Assembly: GCA_049968235.1 (NCBI GenBank)
Contig: JBMFRC010000016.1
Span: 1-63,086 of the forward strand
Direction of reading: 5' to 3'
Origin: Candidatus Hydrogenedens sp.
Lineage (GTDB): Bacteria > Hydrogenedentota > Hydrogenedentia > Hydrogenedentales > Hydrogenedentaceae
DNA: 63,086 nucleotides
Shown: piece by piece, positions 1 to 9,466 of the stretch
Position numbering within the stretch: position 1 is the first letter of the stretch
How the letters are laid out: every line of letters begins with the position of its first letter
The notes under the pieces: model-generated
The model's input: the letters and a program-made list of their open reading frames with translations, nothing else
Told to the model about the DNA's origin: nothing
The model's database searches: none
Position numbers and translations under genes: made by a program

Positions 1-246
1 GGAATAGTAGAAGGCGAAGGTAGTCCAGAAGGTGTAGTAGAAGGAACACCGGAAGGCGAAGGAGTAGTAGAAGGTGAAGGGTCAGTTCAGCCGAAGGAAG
101 GCGAAAATACACCGGAGGCGAATCAGGGATGTGGTTGTTTTGGTGGCAAATCGTTAGGTGATGAGGCATGGTGGAAATATTTGTTGGACTTTGTTTTAGT
201 AGGCATGCTCATACTCACCCTGAGCGGTATGCGAAGAAAGAAATAA
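1..246 (+). CDS. 3' end of a secreted/surface protein gene (5' end cut by the window edge); EGEG-type Gly/Glu linker followed by a CGC motif, a hydrophobic helix and a basic tail
   Basis: Frame 1 is open from base 1 to the TAA at 244-246. The translation ends ...EGEGSVQPKEGENTPEANQGCGCFGGKSLGDEAWWKYLLDFVLVGMLILTLSGMRRKK. This C-terminus is homologous to that of the 55044..56018 protein. Confidence 0.6.
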   Translation, partial: GIVEGEGSPEGVVEGTPEGEGVVEGEGSVQPKEGENTPEANQGCGCFGGKSLGDEAWWKYLLDFVLVGMLILTLSGMRRKK

Positions 247-604
247 AAGGGAATATGTGGACAGTATATTTGTGGTGTTGTAGTTTTGTTTGTGTTACCA
301 TTATCCAGAGTATTCGTTAATACGGACAGGATGTTTGAACTATTGTTGTAGCATAGCCATTCCTGTCGTATATGTAAAGATATATATTTGAATGAGGGTT
401 TTATTTACTACGAACTTTGTTGCAATTCAAGCAAACACCCTGCTCATACTCCATTAGGGCAAAAAATATTTCGTCTATACATTTGTAATATTGCGGGAAT
501 AGAATATTCTAAACAAAGGGTTTTGGATAAGAGCCATTCTATTACAAGGGAAATGTTAAACATTATTGTTTGTAAAGGCGAATAATCATTTACACTGTAT
601 TAAA

Positions 605-1672
605 TCAGAAAAGGATACCTTCTAAAATGTTTTTATGGTCATAAATCCATCTGGCAATAGTTGTGAGGGTTTGTTCAAAAGTTTTATTAGGTTTCCATGG
701 AGATACAGTTTCAATGAGTGTGGTATCTGTTATGTAGTATGGGATGTCTCCGGGACGAGTTTGGGATTTTCGTGCAATTGGGATAGTGTTTTTTGTTATT
801 TGCTGGCATAGAGTGGTTAATTCAAGTAAGGAAAAACTCCTATTCTGTCCTCCACCTATATTAAATCTCCATTGATTTAGTTTTTTATAGTTTTTTATTT
901 GCCAGAGTATAAGATTGCATAAATCTTGAATGTCCAGTAAATCACGGACCTGCTTTCCTGTGCCGTTAAAACCAATATAAGTGAGGGGTTTTTGTGCGAT
1001 ATGATGTGCCAGCCAGAGAGCCACAACCCCCTGGTCAATTTTTCCCATTTGCCAGGGTCCAGCAATAATTCCGCAACGATTTATAATAATCGGTAGATTA
1101 TACATTTCTTTATACTCTTCCAGTATGAGTTCCACAGCCAGTTTTGTAGCACCGTAAAGGGTTCGAGTTCCTTCCAGGGGAAATTGTTCTGTGATTCCTT
1201 TTTCTGAAATGCCTGGAGGCAGGTTTCTGTCTGTGTTTAATATATATCGTGATTCGGTTTCGATGAAAGGTAAGGAATTTATGAGAGGATATGGGTAAAC
1301 TCGGCTGGTGGATAGGAATAAAAAGCCCGAATTATGTTCTTTTGCCCATTGCAGGCAGTTTAATGCCCCTGTGAGATTGGAATGAAGCAGGTATTCTGAT
1401 GAAGAGGAATAGCCAGCGAGGACAGAGGGTTCTGCACTACATTCGATAAGCCAGTCACAAGAAGATATATTTTGTATGTCGGATATATTGCGAATATCCC
1501 CATGAACAAATTCGATATTATATTTTTGTAATCGTCTTACATTAAGTTCAGAACCTCGTCGGTGAAGGTTGTCAAAAGCAATTATATGGCAATTCGGTAA
1601 ATGTTCTTTTAGAAATATGGACAAATTGGCACCGACAAAACCTGCTCCACCGGTAATTAAGATTCGTTTCAT
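605..1672 (-). CDS. NAD-dependent sugar epimerase/dehydratase (extended SDR family)
   Basis: N-terminal Rossmann motif ILITGGAGFVGANL; the length and overall pattern are typical of nucleotide-sugar epimerases such as CDP-paratose or UDP-glucose epimerase. Confidence 0.8.
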   Translation of the reverse strand: MKRILITGGAGFVGANLSIFLKEHLPNCHIIAFDNLHRRGSELNVRRLQKYNIEFVHGDIRNISDIQNISSCDWLIECSAEPSVLAGYSSSSEYLLHSNLTGALNCLQWAKEHNSGFLFLSTSRVYPYPLINSLPFIETESRYILNTDRNLPPGISEKGITEQFPLEGTRTLYGATKLAVELILEEYKEMYNLPIIINRCGIIAGPWQMGKIDQGVVALWLAHHIAQKPLTYIGFNGTGKQVRDLLDIQDLCNLILWQIKNYKKLNQWRFNIGGGQNRSFSLLELTTLCQQITKNTIPIARKSQTRPGDIPYYITDTTLIETVSPWKPNKTFEQTLTTIARWIYDHKNILEGILF

Positions 1673-1725
1673 ATATTGCTTCCGTATTACATTATGTTAT
1701 TCATATCATATTTGAAAAGAATATA

Positions 1726-2862
1726 CTATTTCATTTTTTGGAGGCACTTTTCGTAGATTTCTGAAACGATTTTTGCTTGATATTCCGGCGAAAAATTTCT
1801 AAGTGCTTTCTCGCGGGCATTATTTCCCAATTCTTTGCGATATTCGGGATATTCACATAAATTTCGTATTGCATGATACAGTGACTCGACAGTATCTTCA
1901 ATGATTATGCCATCTTTTTCGTGTTGTATAAGTTCGGGTAGTATCCCGGTATGTGTAGCGATAATAGGTATGCCCATAGCCATATATTCGCGGACGGTAC
2001 GACAGGTTCCATCGGTACCGGGAACGAGATAAACACCAATATCGAATGTATTAAGCATTGCTACATAGTTATCATCGTTCAGGTAGCCTGTAAAAATGAC
2101 ATGTTCTTCCAATCCGAGTTCACGAACGGGACGAAATGCAACTTCTTCTTGTTTTGTGCCTCTACCAACGATAATGAGATTTAACTTCCAGCCTTCCTGA
2201 ATGAGCGCATGGAGTGCGGAAAAAAGGAGTTCGTATTTGCGATGGGTTTGTATTCTTGCGACAATCCCTAAAGTTATGGAGTTTTCGGGAAGTTCCAATT
2301 TTACTTCGGGTAAAGGGCGATTGGGATTAAATCGTTGCAGGTCTATAGATAAAGGAATTAAAGGGCATTGTTCGGGGGAAAGGTTATAGTGTTCCATGTC
2401 TTGTTTCTGTGCGATGAGTGAAGGTTCGAGAATGACATCGGTTTTGGGAATTAGTGTTTTTATTTTATCTGGCAATCCTTCCCCGTAATGATTGGATCGG
2501 AATAAAATTTGATTAGCAGTTTTTATTCGTACTCCAAGTCTATGGTCATTATCCAGATGACAATGAATAATTTGCGGGGGATCTTCTTGAATAATTCTGT
2601 TTAATTTTTTTTGGTCGAGGTAATCTTTGATGATATTTCTATGTTTAGAAAGAAAGAGGTTGCGGTAAACAGGAATGTTCCAATGGAGTGCAGTGTCATA
2701 AACCCGATTATATTTGTCCTCAGGAATGCCTTTCACACTGCATCCAAAACGGATATCCCAGCCCAAATCCTTTAGTTTATTAATAAGCGTTAAAACAGGC
2801 TCCGCAGGACCTGTCCAACGATAGTTACTAAAAAGGTGTAAAATTTTGGGTTTTGATGCCAT
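1726..2862 (-). CDS. Glycosyltransferase family 4 (GT-B, retaining)
   Basis: C-terminal GT4 signature GIPIIATHTGILPELIQHEKDGIIIE (an EX7E-like motif); 378 aa. Confidence 0.75.
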   Translation of the reverse strand: MASKPKILHLFSNYRWTGPAEPVLTLINKLKDLGWDIRFGCSVKGIPEDKYNRVYDTALHWNIPVYRNLFLSKHRNIIKDYLDQKKLNRIIQEDPPQIIHCHLDNDHRLGVRIKTANQILFRSNHYGEGLPDKIKTLIPKTDVILEPSLIAQKQDMEHYNLSPEQCPLIPLSIDLQRFNPNRPLPEVKLELPENSITLGIVARIQTHRKYELLFSALHALIQEGWKLNLIIVGRGTKQEEVAFRPVRELGLEEHVIFTGYLNDDNYVAMLNTFDIGVYLVPGTDGTCRTVREYMAMGIPIIATHTGILPELIQHEKDGIIIEDTVESLYHAIRNLCEYPEYRKELGNNAREKALRNFSPEYQAKIVSEIYEKCLQKMK

Positions 2863-2874
2863 ACAAGGGAAAGA

Positions 2875-5800
2875 TTATGTTGTTGATTCTACAAGTTCGT
2901 TCAATTTTATAGAGACTATTTCAGAAACACCTCGTTCTTGCTGAGTTATACCGATGATTGCATCGGCACATGCCATTGTTTGTTTATTATGGGTAATAAT
3001 AATAAATTGAGATTTTTTTGAGAATTCCTTGACGATTTCAAGGAAACGACAAATATTTGTATCATCCAGCGGTGCATCAACTTCATCAAGAATACAAAAA
3101 GGACTGGGTTTTGTCTGAAAGATAGCAAAAAGTAAGGCAATAGCAGTGAGGGCCTGTTCTCCACCGGAGAGTTGATGAATAGATTGAGGCTTTTTACCGG
3201 GGGGGCGTGCTTCAATTTCAATGCCCGATTCCAGAGGGTCATTTTCATCAATGAGGTATATACGAGCATGCCCACCATTGAAAAGACGACGGAAAAATTC
3301 CTTAAAATATTCTCCGACCTGTCTGAAAGTTTGTGTAAACATTGAGAGGACAGTTTCATCAATTCGACGAATAACTTCCTGTAATTTCTCTTTTGCCTGA
3401 TTAAGGTCTTTTTGCTGAGCGGAGAGGAAATCATATCGTTTCAATAATTCTTCATATTCTTCCACTGCCATAGGGTTTACGGTGCCCATTCGTTGTATTT
3501 GTTGGCGGATTTGTTCTATTTGCTCGTTTCGCTCGGTTTCATCCCATTCATCTGCACCTACTTCACCCGAGGAAATAGTATCCAAATCGATTTGATATTC
3601 TTCTGAAATACGCTGACGAAGAAATTCCGATTGCTGACGAATCTGTGAGAACTCTAATTCTAATTGATGGAGTTGCTCTTGTTCCTGTTGAACTTGCTGA
3701 CGGAGTTCTTTCATCATTCGGGATGTTTCTTCAAAAGATTGGATGTGTTGTTGATATTGTTCTTGAACCTGAACCAATTCTTGTTGTGCTTTTTGTCGTA
3801 GTTCATTGAATTGCGACAATTGTGTTCGTGTTTCAGAGATTTTTTCATGCAGAGATTGTATCTTATTTAGAAAGTCCTGTATTTGTTGCTTTGATTCATC
3901 CGAAGAGGATGTAATTCGATTGTATTCATTTTTAAGACGAAGAATATTGTTGTCAATTTCTTGAATCTGAGATAGAACCCCTGTAAATTGAACTTTTAGT
4001 TCTGTTAAATTTTGTCGTTTTTGTTCCATCAATTCCCGCAATTCTTGTAATTGTTGTTGTTTCTGTTGTATTTCACTTTTTAATTGTGTGTCATCCTGTA
4101 ATATGAGAGAGGCTTCTTCGTCGGTTTTTGTCATTTCATTTTTAATTTTCTCTATTTCGTTACTGAGGTCGGTTTGAGAACCTTGAAGTTGCTGTAGTAA
4201 TTGATGCACTTGTTCTTGCTGGGCAATGACACGAGCATGTTCTATTTGTATTTGCTGAACCTGATTTAATATTAAATTCTTTTGATTTTGAAGATGAAGG
4301 ATTTGTTGATGTAACGAAGAAGATTGTTCTTTAAGTTGAGAAGAATGATTTCGATTCTTTTGTATTTCTTGTTGTGTTTTTTTCTGTTGTTTCTGTAATT
4401 CCTCGATTTCAGAGACCCGGGAGAGGAGTCCGCGGGCTTCATGTTTTGTCCGACCACCGGTAACTGCTCCCGATTGATTGATGATTTCACCTTCCATCGT
4501 TACCAGTTTTGGGTAATGTTGATGATGTTTCGCTATTTGTATTGCATCATCAATGGTTTGAACCAAATAAGTGTTATATAACAGGTATTGGAGGGCAGGA
4601 AGTATTTCTTTATCAGCATATACGAAATGAATAGCAGGACCAATCAAGCCCGGGTATTGTTGTAATTCGGGATAGGTGTTGGTGTTTCCTGGTCGTAGTG
4701 TATCGAGAGGCAAGAAAGTAACTCTTCCTGCCCAATGTTCTTTTAAGAAGGTAATGGCTATCTTTGCAGATTCTGCTGTCTGGACAACAATATTATTTAT
4801 ATTTCCGCCCAATGCAGATTCAATGGCTAATTCATATCCGCGTTCTGTGCGGATTAAGTCCCCCACCGGTCCTAAAATCTGTTCCCCTCCTAAAATACCT
4901 TCATGCTTTGCATTCATAACTGCACGAACGCCACCCGCAAAACCTTCATATTTTTCACGAAGTTCATTCAGAGAGTTGAGTCTTGCCTCCAGTCTGCTTA
5001 AGTTTTCACGGAGTTCCTGATGTTTCACTTCCTCCTGAGATATTGCTTGCTCTATTTTTTGTAGGTTCTGCTGAACCTTTTCAATTTCTTCGGATAGTTG
5101 TTTAATTTCACTCTGTTTATTTTCAATTTCAAATAGAAATTTTTGTCTTTCTTGCTCTAATTTCTGATATGTTTCCTCATTATTGTGGATTATCTCTTGA
5201 ATTTCAGTAATCTGTTTCTGGAGAGTTTGTTGTTGAGATTGGAGAACCTGAATACGGGACTGAATTTGATTTTTTGAATGAATCTGTTCCAGCAGGAATT
5301 GTTGTTTTTGCTGGAGTTCTAATTCTGAGCGATGAATATATCGTAATTGTTCATCTTCTTCTTGTTTTAATCCCTGTATAATCGTTTCCAGATCCTGTAT
5401 TTGCTGGGATAATATTACTTTCTTTTGTCCTAATTGCAGGGTTTCCGATTCAATTTCCTGTAAACGTTGGAACAATGCTTCTTTTTCATCTTCAGATGAT
5501 TTCTTCCGCATATTAAGGAATTCAATTTCTTTTTGGTGAAGTCCCAACTGGGATTCGAAATGTTCTAATTTGGTTTCAACTTCGTGGAGATGTTCGCGTT
5601 TGTCCGATAATGCTTTTTCAATTTCTGACCGCTGTAAGTAATTCTGTTCTTCCTGTGCCTCCAATTGGGTAAGTTTGTCTAATTGGGTAATGTAGTTATG
5701 CTTTTTCTCGTTAAGTTCTTGTTTAAAATCATGGATTTTTTCCTGGAGTGTGTTATATAGGAACCAGGCGTTACGCACTTCCAGTTCTTTTAACTTTTGA

Positions 5801-6456
5801 GTTAAGTTTCTATATCGTTGGGCTATTTGAGCCTGCCGTTTTAAACTTCGGAGTTGTCTTTCCACCTCTGCAATAACATCGTGGAGACGAAGTAGATTTT
5901 GTTCAGCAGATTCTAATTTACGTAGGGCGATTTTTCTCCGTGATTTGTATCGAACAATTCCCGCAACTTCTTCAAAAAGATACCGTCGGTCTTCAGGATG
6001 GGTGCTGATAATTAAGTCTATCTTTCCCTGCCCAATAATGGAATACGAATCTGTTCCGATACCCGTATCCATAAATAATTCTGTAATATCTTTAAGACGG
6101 CAGGGTGCTTTATTTAAGAAATATTCTCCTTCACCGGAACGATAAACCTTTCGTGTTACCTGCACTTCTGAATACTCTAACGGCAATTTCCCATCATGGT
6201 TATCGAAGTATATAGTAGTCTCTGCCATACCGAGTGCAGAACGATTTTCACTGCCATTAAATATGACTTCTGCCATTTGTGTTGTACGCAGTTCGCGGGT
6301 ACTTTGTTCACCGAGAACCCAGCGGATAGCATCCAGAATATTACTCTTTCCACAGCCGTTGGGACCTACAATAACTGTAATCCCCGGATTGAAAGATAGA
6401 ACTGTTCGTTCTGCAAAAGATTTAAACCCAATAAGTTCTATCTGCTTGAGATACAT
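2875..6456 (-). CDS. smc: Chromosome segregation protein SMC
   Basis: 1193 aa. N-terminal Walker A FKSFAERTVLSFNPGITVIVGPNGCGKSNILDAI, long coiled coils, a central hinge, and a C-terminal LSGGE signature (QLSGGEQALTAIALLFAIF) with a Walker B CILDEVDAPLDD. Confidence 0.95.
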   Translation of the reverse strand: MYLKQIELIGFKSFAERTVLSFNPGITVIVGPNGCGKSNILDAIRWVLGEQSTRELRTTQMAEVIFNGSENRSALGMAETTIYFDNHDGKLPLEYSEVQVTRKVYRSGEGEYFLNKAPCRLKDITELFMDTGIGTDSYSIIGQGKIDLIISTHPEDRRYLFEEVAGIVRYKSRRKIALRKLESAEQNLLRLHDVIAEVERQLRSLKRQAQIAQRYRNLTQKLKELEVRNAWFLYNTLQEKIHDFKQELNEKKHNYITQLDKLTQLEAQEEQNYLQRSEIEKALSDKREHLHEVETKLEHFESQLGLHQKEIEFLNMRKKSSEDEKEALFQRLQEIESETLQLGQKKVILSQQIQDLETIIQGLKQEEDEQLRYIHRSELELQQKQQFLLEQIHSKNQIQSRIQVLQSQQQTLQKQITEIQEIIHNNEETYQKLEQERQKFLFEIENKQSEIKQLSEEIEKVQQNLQKIEQAISQEEVKHQELRENLSRLEARLNSLNELREKYEGFAGGVRAVMNAKHEGILGGEQILGPVGDLIRTERGYELAIESALGGNINNIVVQTAESAKIAITFLKEHWAGRVTFLPLDTLRPGNTNTYPELQQYPGLIGPAIHFVYADKEILPALQYLLYNTYLVQTIDDAIQIAKHHQHYPKLVTMEGEIINQSGAVTGGRTKHEARGLLSRVSEIEELQKQQKKTQQEIQKNRNHSSQLKEQSSSLHQQILHLQNQKNLILNQVQQIQIEHARVIAQQEQVHQLLQQLQGSQTDLSNEIEKIKNEMTKTDEEASLILQDDTQLKSEIQQKQQQLQELRELMEQKRQNLTELKVQFTGVLSQIQEIDNNILRLKNEYNRITSSSDESKQQIQDFLNKIQSLHEKISETRTQLSQFNELRQKAQQELVQVQEQYQQHIQSFEETSRMMKELRQQVQQEQEQLHQLELEFSQIRQQSEFLRQRISEEYQIDLDTISSGEVGADEWDETERNEQIEQIRQQIQRMGTVNPMAVEEYEELLKRYDFLSAQQKDLNQAKEKLQEVIRRIDETVLSMFTQTFRQVGEYFKEFFRRLFNGGHARIYLIDENDPLESGIEIEARPPGKKPQSIHQLSGGEQALTAIALLFAIFQTKPSPFCILDEVDAPLDDTNICRFLEIVKEFSKKSQFIIITHNKQTMACADAIIGITQQERGVSEIVSIKLNELVESTT

Positions 6457-6512
6457 AATTGTTTCCTATTTACCTCCGAAGTCTTCAACATTATATAAAA
6501 AATGAAAAGAAT

Positions 6513-7307
6513 TTACATAGAAACGGGCTTCCTGAACATTACCCGTTCAATTTGGAGTGCTTTTCCACTTTTCTCATCAATTTCTATCAATACCGCATTG
6601 AAAACAGAAGGACCACTGGCTACTTCCCACTTTTTGGGAATACCCGTAATAAATCGAGTAAGGACACGATTTACTTCCATACCAATAACAGAATGATAGG
6701 GTCCGCACATGCCCACATCTGAAATATATGCAGTTCCGCCGGGTAGAATCCATTCATCTGCTGTTTGCACATGAGTGTGGGTTCCGAGAATAGCGCTACA
6801 CTTCCCATCCAGATGCCATGCAAGAGCAATTTTTTCTGCGGTAGCTTCTGCATGAATATCTATGATAATAACATGCGTTTCTTTAGAAATTTCATTAATT
6901 ACTTCCTCAGCCCGTCGAAAGGGACAATCAATGGGTTCCATAAACACTCTACCTAATAAGGAAATAATGGCAACTTTGATGCCGTTGCGGGCAGTTAGAA
7001 ACATGTAGTTTTTTCCCGGTGTGGCAGGGGGAAGATTTGCTGGTTTTACCACATCTATATCATTTTCCAGAGAAGAAACGATGGAATCATAACGCCAGAT
7101 GTGGTTCCCTAATGTGAAGCCATTAATACCTGTTTTCCGAAGGGATTGAAGTGTTTCCGGTGTAACCCCCAATCCCCCGGCACTATTTTCTGCATTGGCG
7201 ATAACGAGGTCAATATCATGTTCTTTTGTTATTTGTGGGAGAATTTCCTGAACAATATTTCGACCGGGCTTGCCAATAATATCACCTAAAAAAAGAACCT
7301 TCACCAT
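6513..7307 (-). CDS. ymdB: YmdB-like metallophosphoesterase (TIGR00282 family; 2',3'-cyclic-nucleotide phosphodiesterase-like)
   Basis: Opening MVKVLFLGDIIGKPGRNIV...ANAENSAGGLGVT...GNHIWR parallels B. subtilis YmdB (MRILFIGDVVG...NGENAAHGKG...GNHTWD). It lies immediately downstream of rny, as in the Firmicute rny-ymdB operon. Confidence 0.8.
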   Translation of the reverse strand: MVKVLFLGDIIGKPGRNIVQEILPQITKEHDIDLVIANAENSAGGLGVTPETLQSLRKTGINGFTLGNHIWRYDSIVSSLENDIDVVKPANLPPATPGKNYMFLTARNGIKVAIISLLGRVFMEPIDCPFRRAEEVINEISKETHVIIIDIHAEATAEKIALAWHLDGKCSAILGTHTHVQTADEWILPGGTAYISDVGMCGPYHSVIGMEVNRVLTRFITGIPKKWEVASGPSVFNAVLIEIDEKSGKALQIERVMFRKPVSM

Positions 7308-7346
7308 ATAAGTCCCTTACATATAAAAATAAGATTAATTTTATGA

Positions 7347-8912
7347 TTATTTTGCAGTTTCAACGGCGCGTGTTTCGCGAACGACAGTAACCTTGATTTG
7401 CCCGGGATAAGTAAGTTCTGTTTCAATCTTTCGTGCTAAATCACGGGCGAGAACGGATGCTTCTGCGTCGCTGATCTGGTTCGGTTGTACCATAACACGG
7501 ACTTCACGACCTGCCTGTATTGCAAAGGCTTTGTCCACACCGGAGAAAGAATTGCAGATATTCTCCAGTTGTTCTAAACGTTTCAGATAGATTTGTAAAC
7601 TTTCACTTCTCGCTCCGGGTCGTGATGCGGACATAGCATCAGCGGATTGGATAAGCACCGCCAAAATAGAATTGGACGGCATATCCCCATGATGAGCGCC
7701 AATGGCGTTGGCTATGGTATCAGATTCGCCATATCGTTTGGCTAAATCATGCCCCAGAACAGCATGAGCACCTTCAACTTCATGGGTTAATGCTTTTCCT
7801 ATATCATGGATAAGTCCAGCACGTTTTGCTTCCTGAACATTTAATCCTAATTCCGCTGCCATAATTCCCGTTAAATGTGAAACTTCGATTGAATGACGCA
7901 AAACATTTTGACCGTATGAAGTGCGGAAACTTAATTTCCCTAATAGTTTAACAATTTCAGGATGAAGTCCATGCACATCCGCTTCTAAACAGGCTTCTTC
8001 ACCTCGCTCACGAATGGTTTGATTAAGTTCCTCTGTAATTTTTTCTACCAGTTCTTCAATACGGGCGGGATGAATTCTTCCATCCTGTATCATCCGTTCT
8101 AAGGTAAGTTTGGCGATTTGACGGCGAACCGGGTCAAAACCCGAGATAATAACCGCTTCGGGTGTATCATCAATGATGATATTTACGCCGGTAGCATTTT
8201 CTAATGTGCGAATGTTCCGTCCTTCACGACCAATAATTCTCCCTTTCATTTCTTCGTTGGGCAAAGCAACGACAGTTACAGTCGTCTCTGCAACATGGTC
8301 AACAGCACAACGCTGAATGGCTTCGCCAATAATCCATTTGGCTCGTTTATCCGCCTCTTCTTTTAATTCCTCTTCAATCCGTTTTAATTGCAAGGCACAA
8401 TCCCGTTTTACCTCGGTTTCAAGCATGGAAAATAACTCTCTGCGTGCTTGCTCGGAGGTCATACCTGCAATGGTTTCAAGTCGTTTGACCTGTTCCTGTT
8501 GAAGGGCAATTATACGTTCTCGTTCTTTATCTAATTGCTTTTCGCGAGAGACGAGTTCCCGTTCCTGCGTACTTAATTGAATGGCGGTCTTATCCAATGC
8601 TTCGGCGCGTTTTTCTATAATTTCTTCCTTAGACTGAATTCTCTTTTCGAGATTGGCAATTTCTCGCCTCATTTCGCGCCCTTCTGCTTCCATTTTTTGA
8701 CGCATTTCTACTTCAATTTCACGGGCTCTTGTTTTGGCATCACGGATAATTGCAGCGGATTCTCGTTCAGCATCGGTAACTTTCTGGGCAAATTCGCGAT
8801 AAGCACGACTTAATATGCTATTTGCACGAACTCGGACTACAAAAAAAGTTGCTAAAATGCCGAAAAGTATCCCTGCAATCCCGCCTCCGATTGCGTAATA
8901 TACCATTAACAT
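7347..8912 (-). CDS. rny: Ribonuclease Y
   Basis: 521 aa. N-terminal transmembrane helix, coiled coil, KH domain ([15 protein letters not shown]), HD domain (LIHDIGKA) and a C-terminal [16 protein letters not shown]. It aligns closely with B. subtilis Rny along its whole length. An AGGAGG ribosome-binding site sits 8 nt upstream of the minus-strand ATG. Confidence 0.95.
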   Translation of the reverse strand: MLMVYYAIGGGIAGILFGILATFFVVRVRANSILSRAYREFAQKVTDAERESAAIIRDAKTRAREIEVEMRQKMEAEGREMRREIANLEKRIQSKEEIIEKRAEALDKTAIQLSTQERELVSREKQLDKERERIIALQQEQVKRLETIAGMTSEQARRELFSMLETEVKRDCALQLKRIEEELKEEADKRAKWIIGEAIQRCAVDHVAETTVTVVALPNEEMKGRIIGREGRNIRTLENATGVNIIIDDTPEAVIISGFDPVRRQIAKLTLERMIQDGRIHPARIEELVEKITEELNQTIRERGEEACLEADVHGLHPEIVKLLGKLSFRTSYGQNVLRHSIEVSHLTGIMAAELGLNVQEAKRAGLIHDIGKALTHEVEGAHAVLGHDLAKRYGESDTIANAIGAHHGDMPSNSILAVLIQSADAMSASRPGARSESLQIYLKRLEQLENICNSFSGVDKAFAIQAGREVRVMVQPNQISDAEASVLARDLARKIETELTYPGQIKVTVVRETRAVETAK

Positions 8913-8971
8913 ATCAAATTCCTCCTTCTTTCTTAGAAAAGGACGGACAAGGAATTTTTGGAGGGGTTACA

Positions 8972-9019
8972 AATAGCAGAAACTTATACCCTGCATAGGA
9001 TTATGGAGTTTCTGCTATT
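8972..9019. promoter_or_regulatory. Perfect 13-bp inverted repeat with a 22-nt spacer in the rny upstream region
   Basis: AATAGCAGAAACT at 8972-8984 and AGTTTCTGCTATT at 9007-9019 are exact reverse complements. The element lies about 60 nt upstream of the rny start codon on the minus strand, inside a 550-bp AT-rich spacer. Confidence 0.35.
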
Positions 9020-9466
9020 AAAAGCAATGAATACGATGACATAAAATATTCATTGAATTGCAAAAAATATAAAGAACACAACCTCTTTTTTAGGTGTGTT
9101 TTTCTATCGTTATACATATGTTTCCTAACCCCTCGAAAAATATCTTTTTCCTTTCCAGTACCTTTTCACAGGGTTTAATTTTATTTTCATTATTGAAACA
9201 TTAATTTTTTTATGGTTATATACCATTAATATCTGAAAATTATTATACCTTTTTTAGAACTTAAAAATAAAATTGGATTAGATGAAAACACATAAACTTT
9301 GAACTACCTGTTGAGAAATAAAATTTTTAAAAAAGGTACTTTTTGACTTGACTTTTTGTTTTTTTTATGATATATTTATATGTGTCAAGGCTGTAGGTAG
9401 TCTTGAAGTGTTTTATAAAATTAAATATAACAACAACAAACCCTAACTATTAGGGAGGAGTAAACT

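Noticed and set aside
388-585. 65-aa ORF in the spacer between the first partial gene and the epimerase gene
   Set aside because: No ribosome-binding site and an odd composition in an AT-rich intergenic stretch. It is more likely promoter/terminator DNA for the flanking genes.
2946-5020. Several 60-160-aa ORFs nested inside smc (2946..3434 -, 4272..4490 -, 4676..5020 +)
   Set aside because: They lie wholly inside the confidently identified 1193-aa smc gene on the same or opposite strand. They show low-complexity translations and no start context, so I treat them as spurious.
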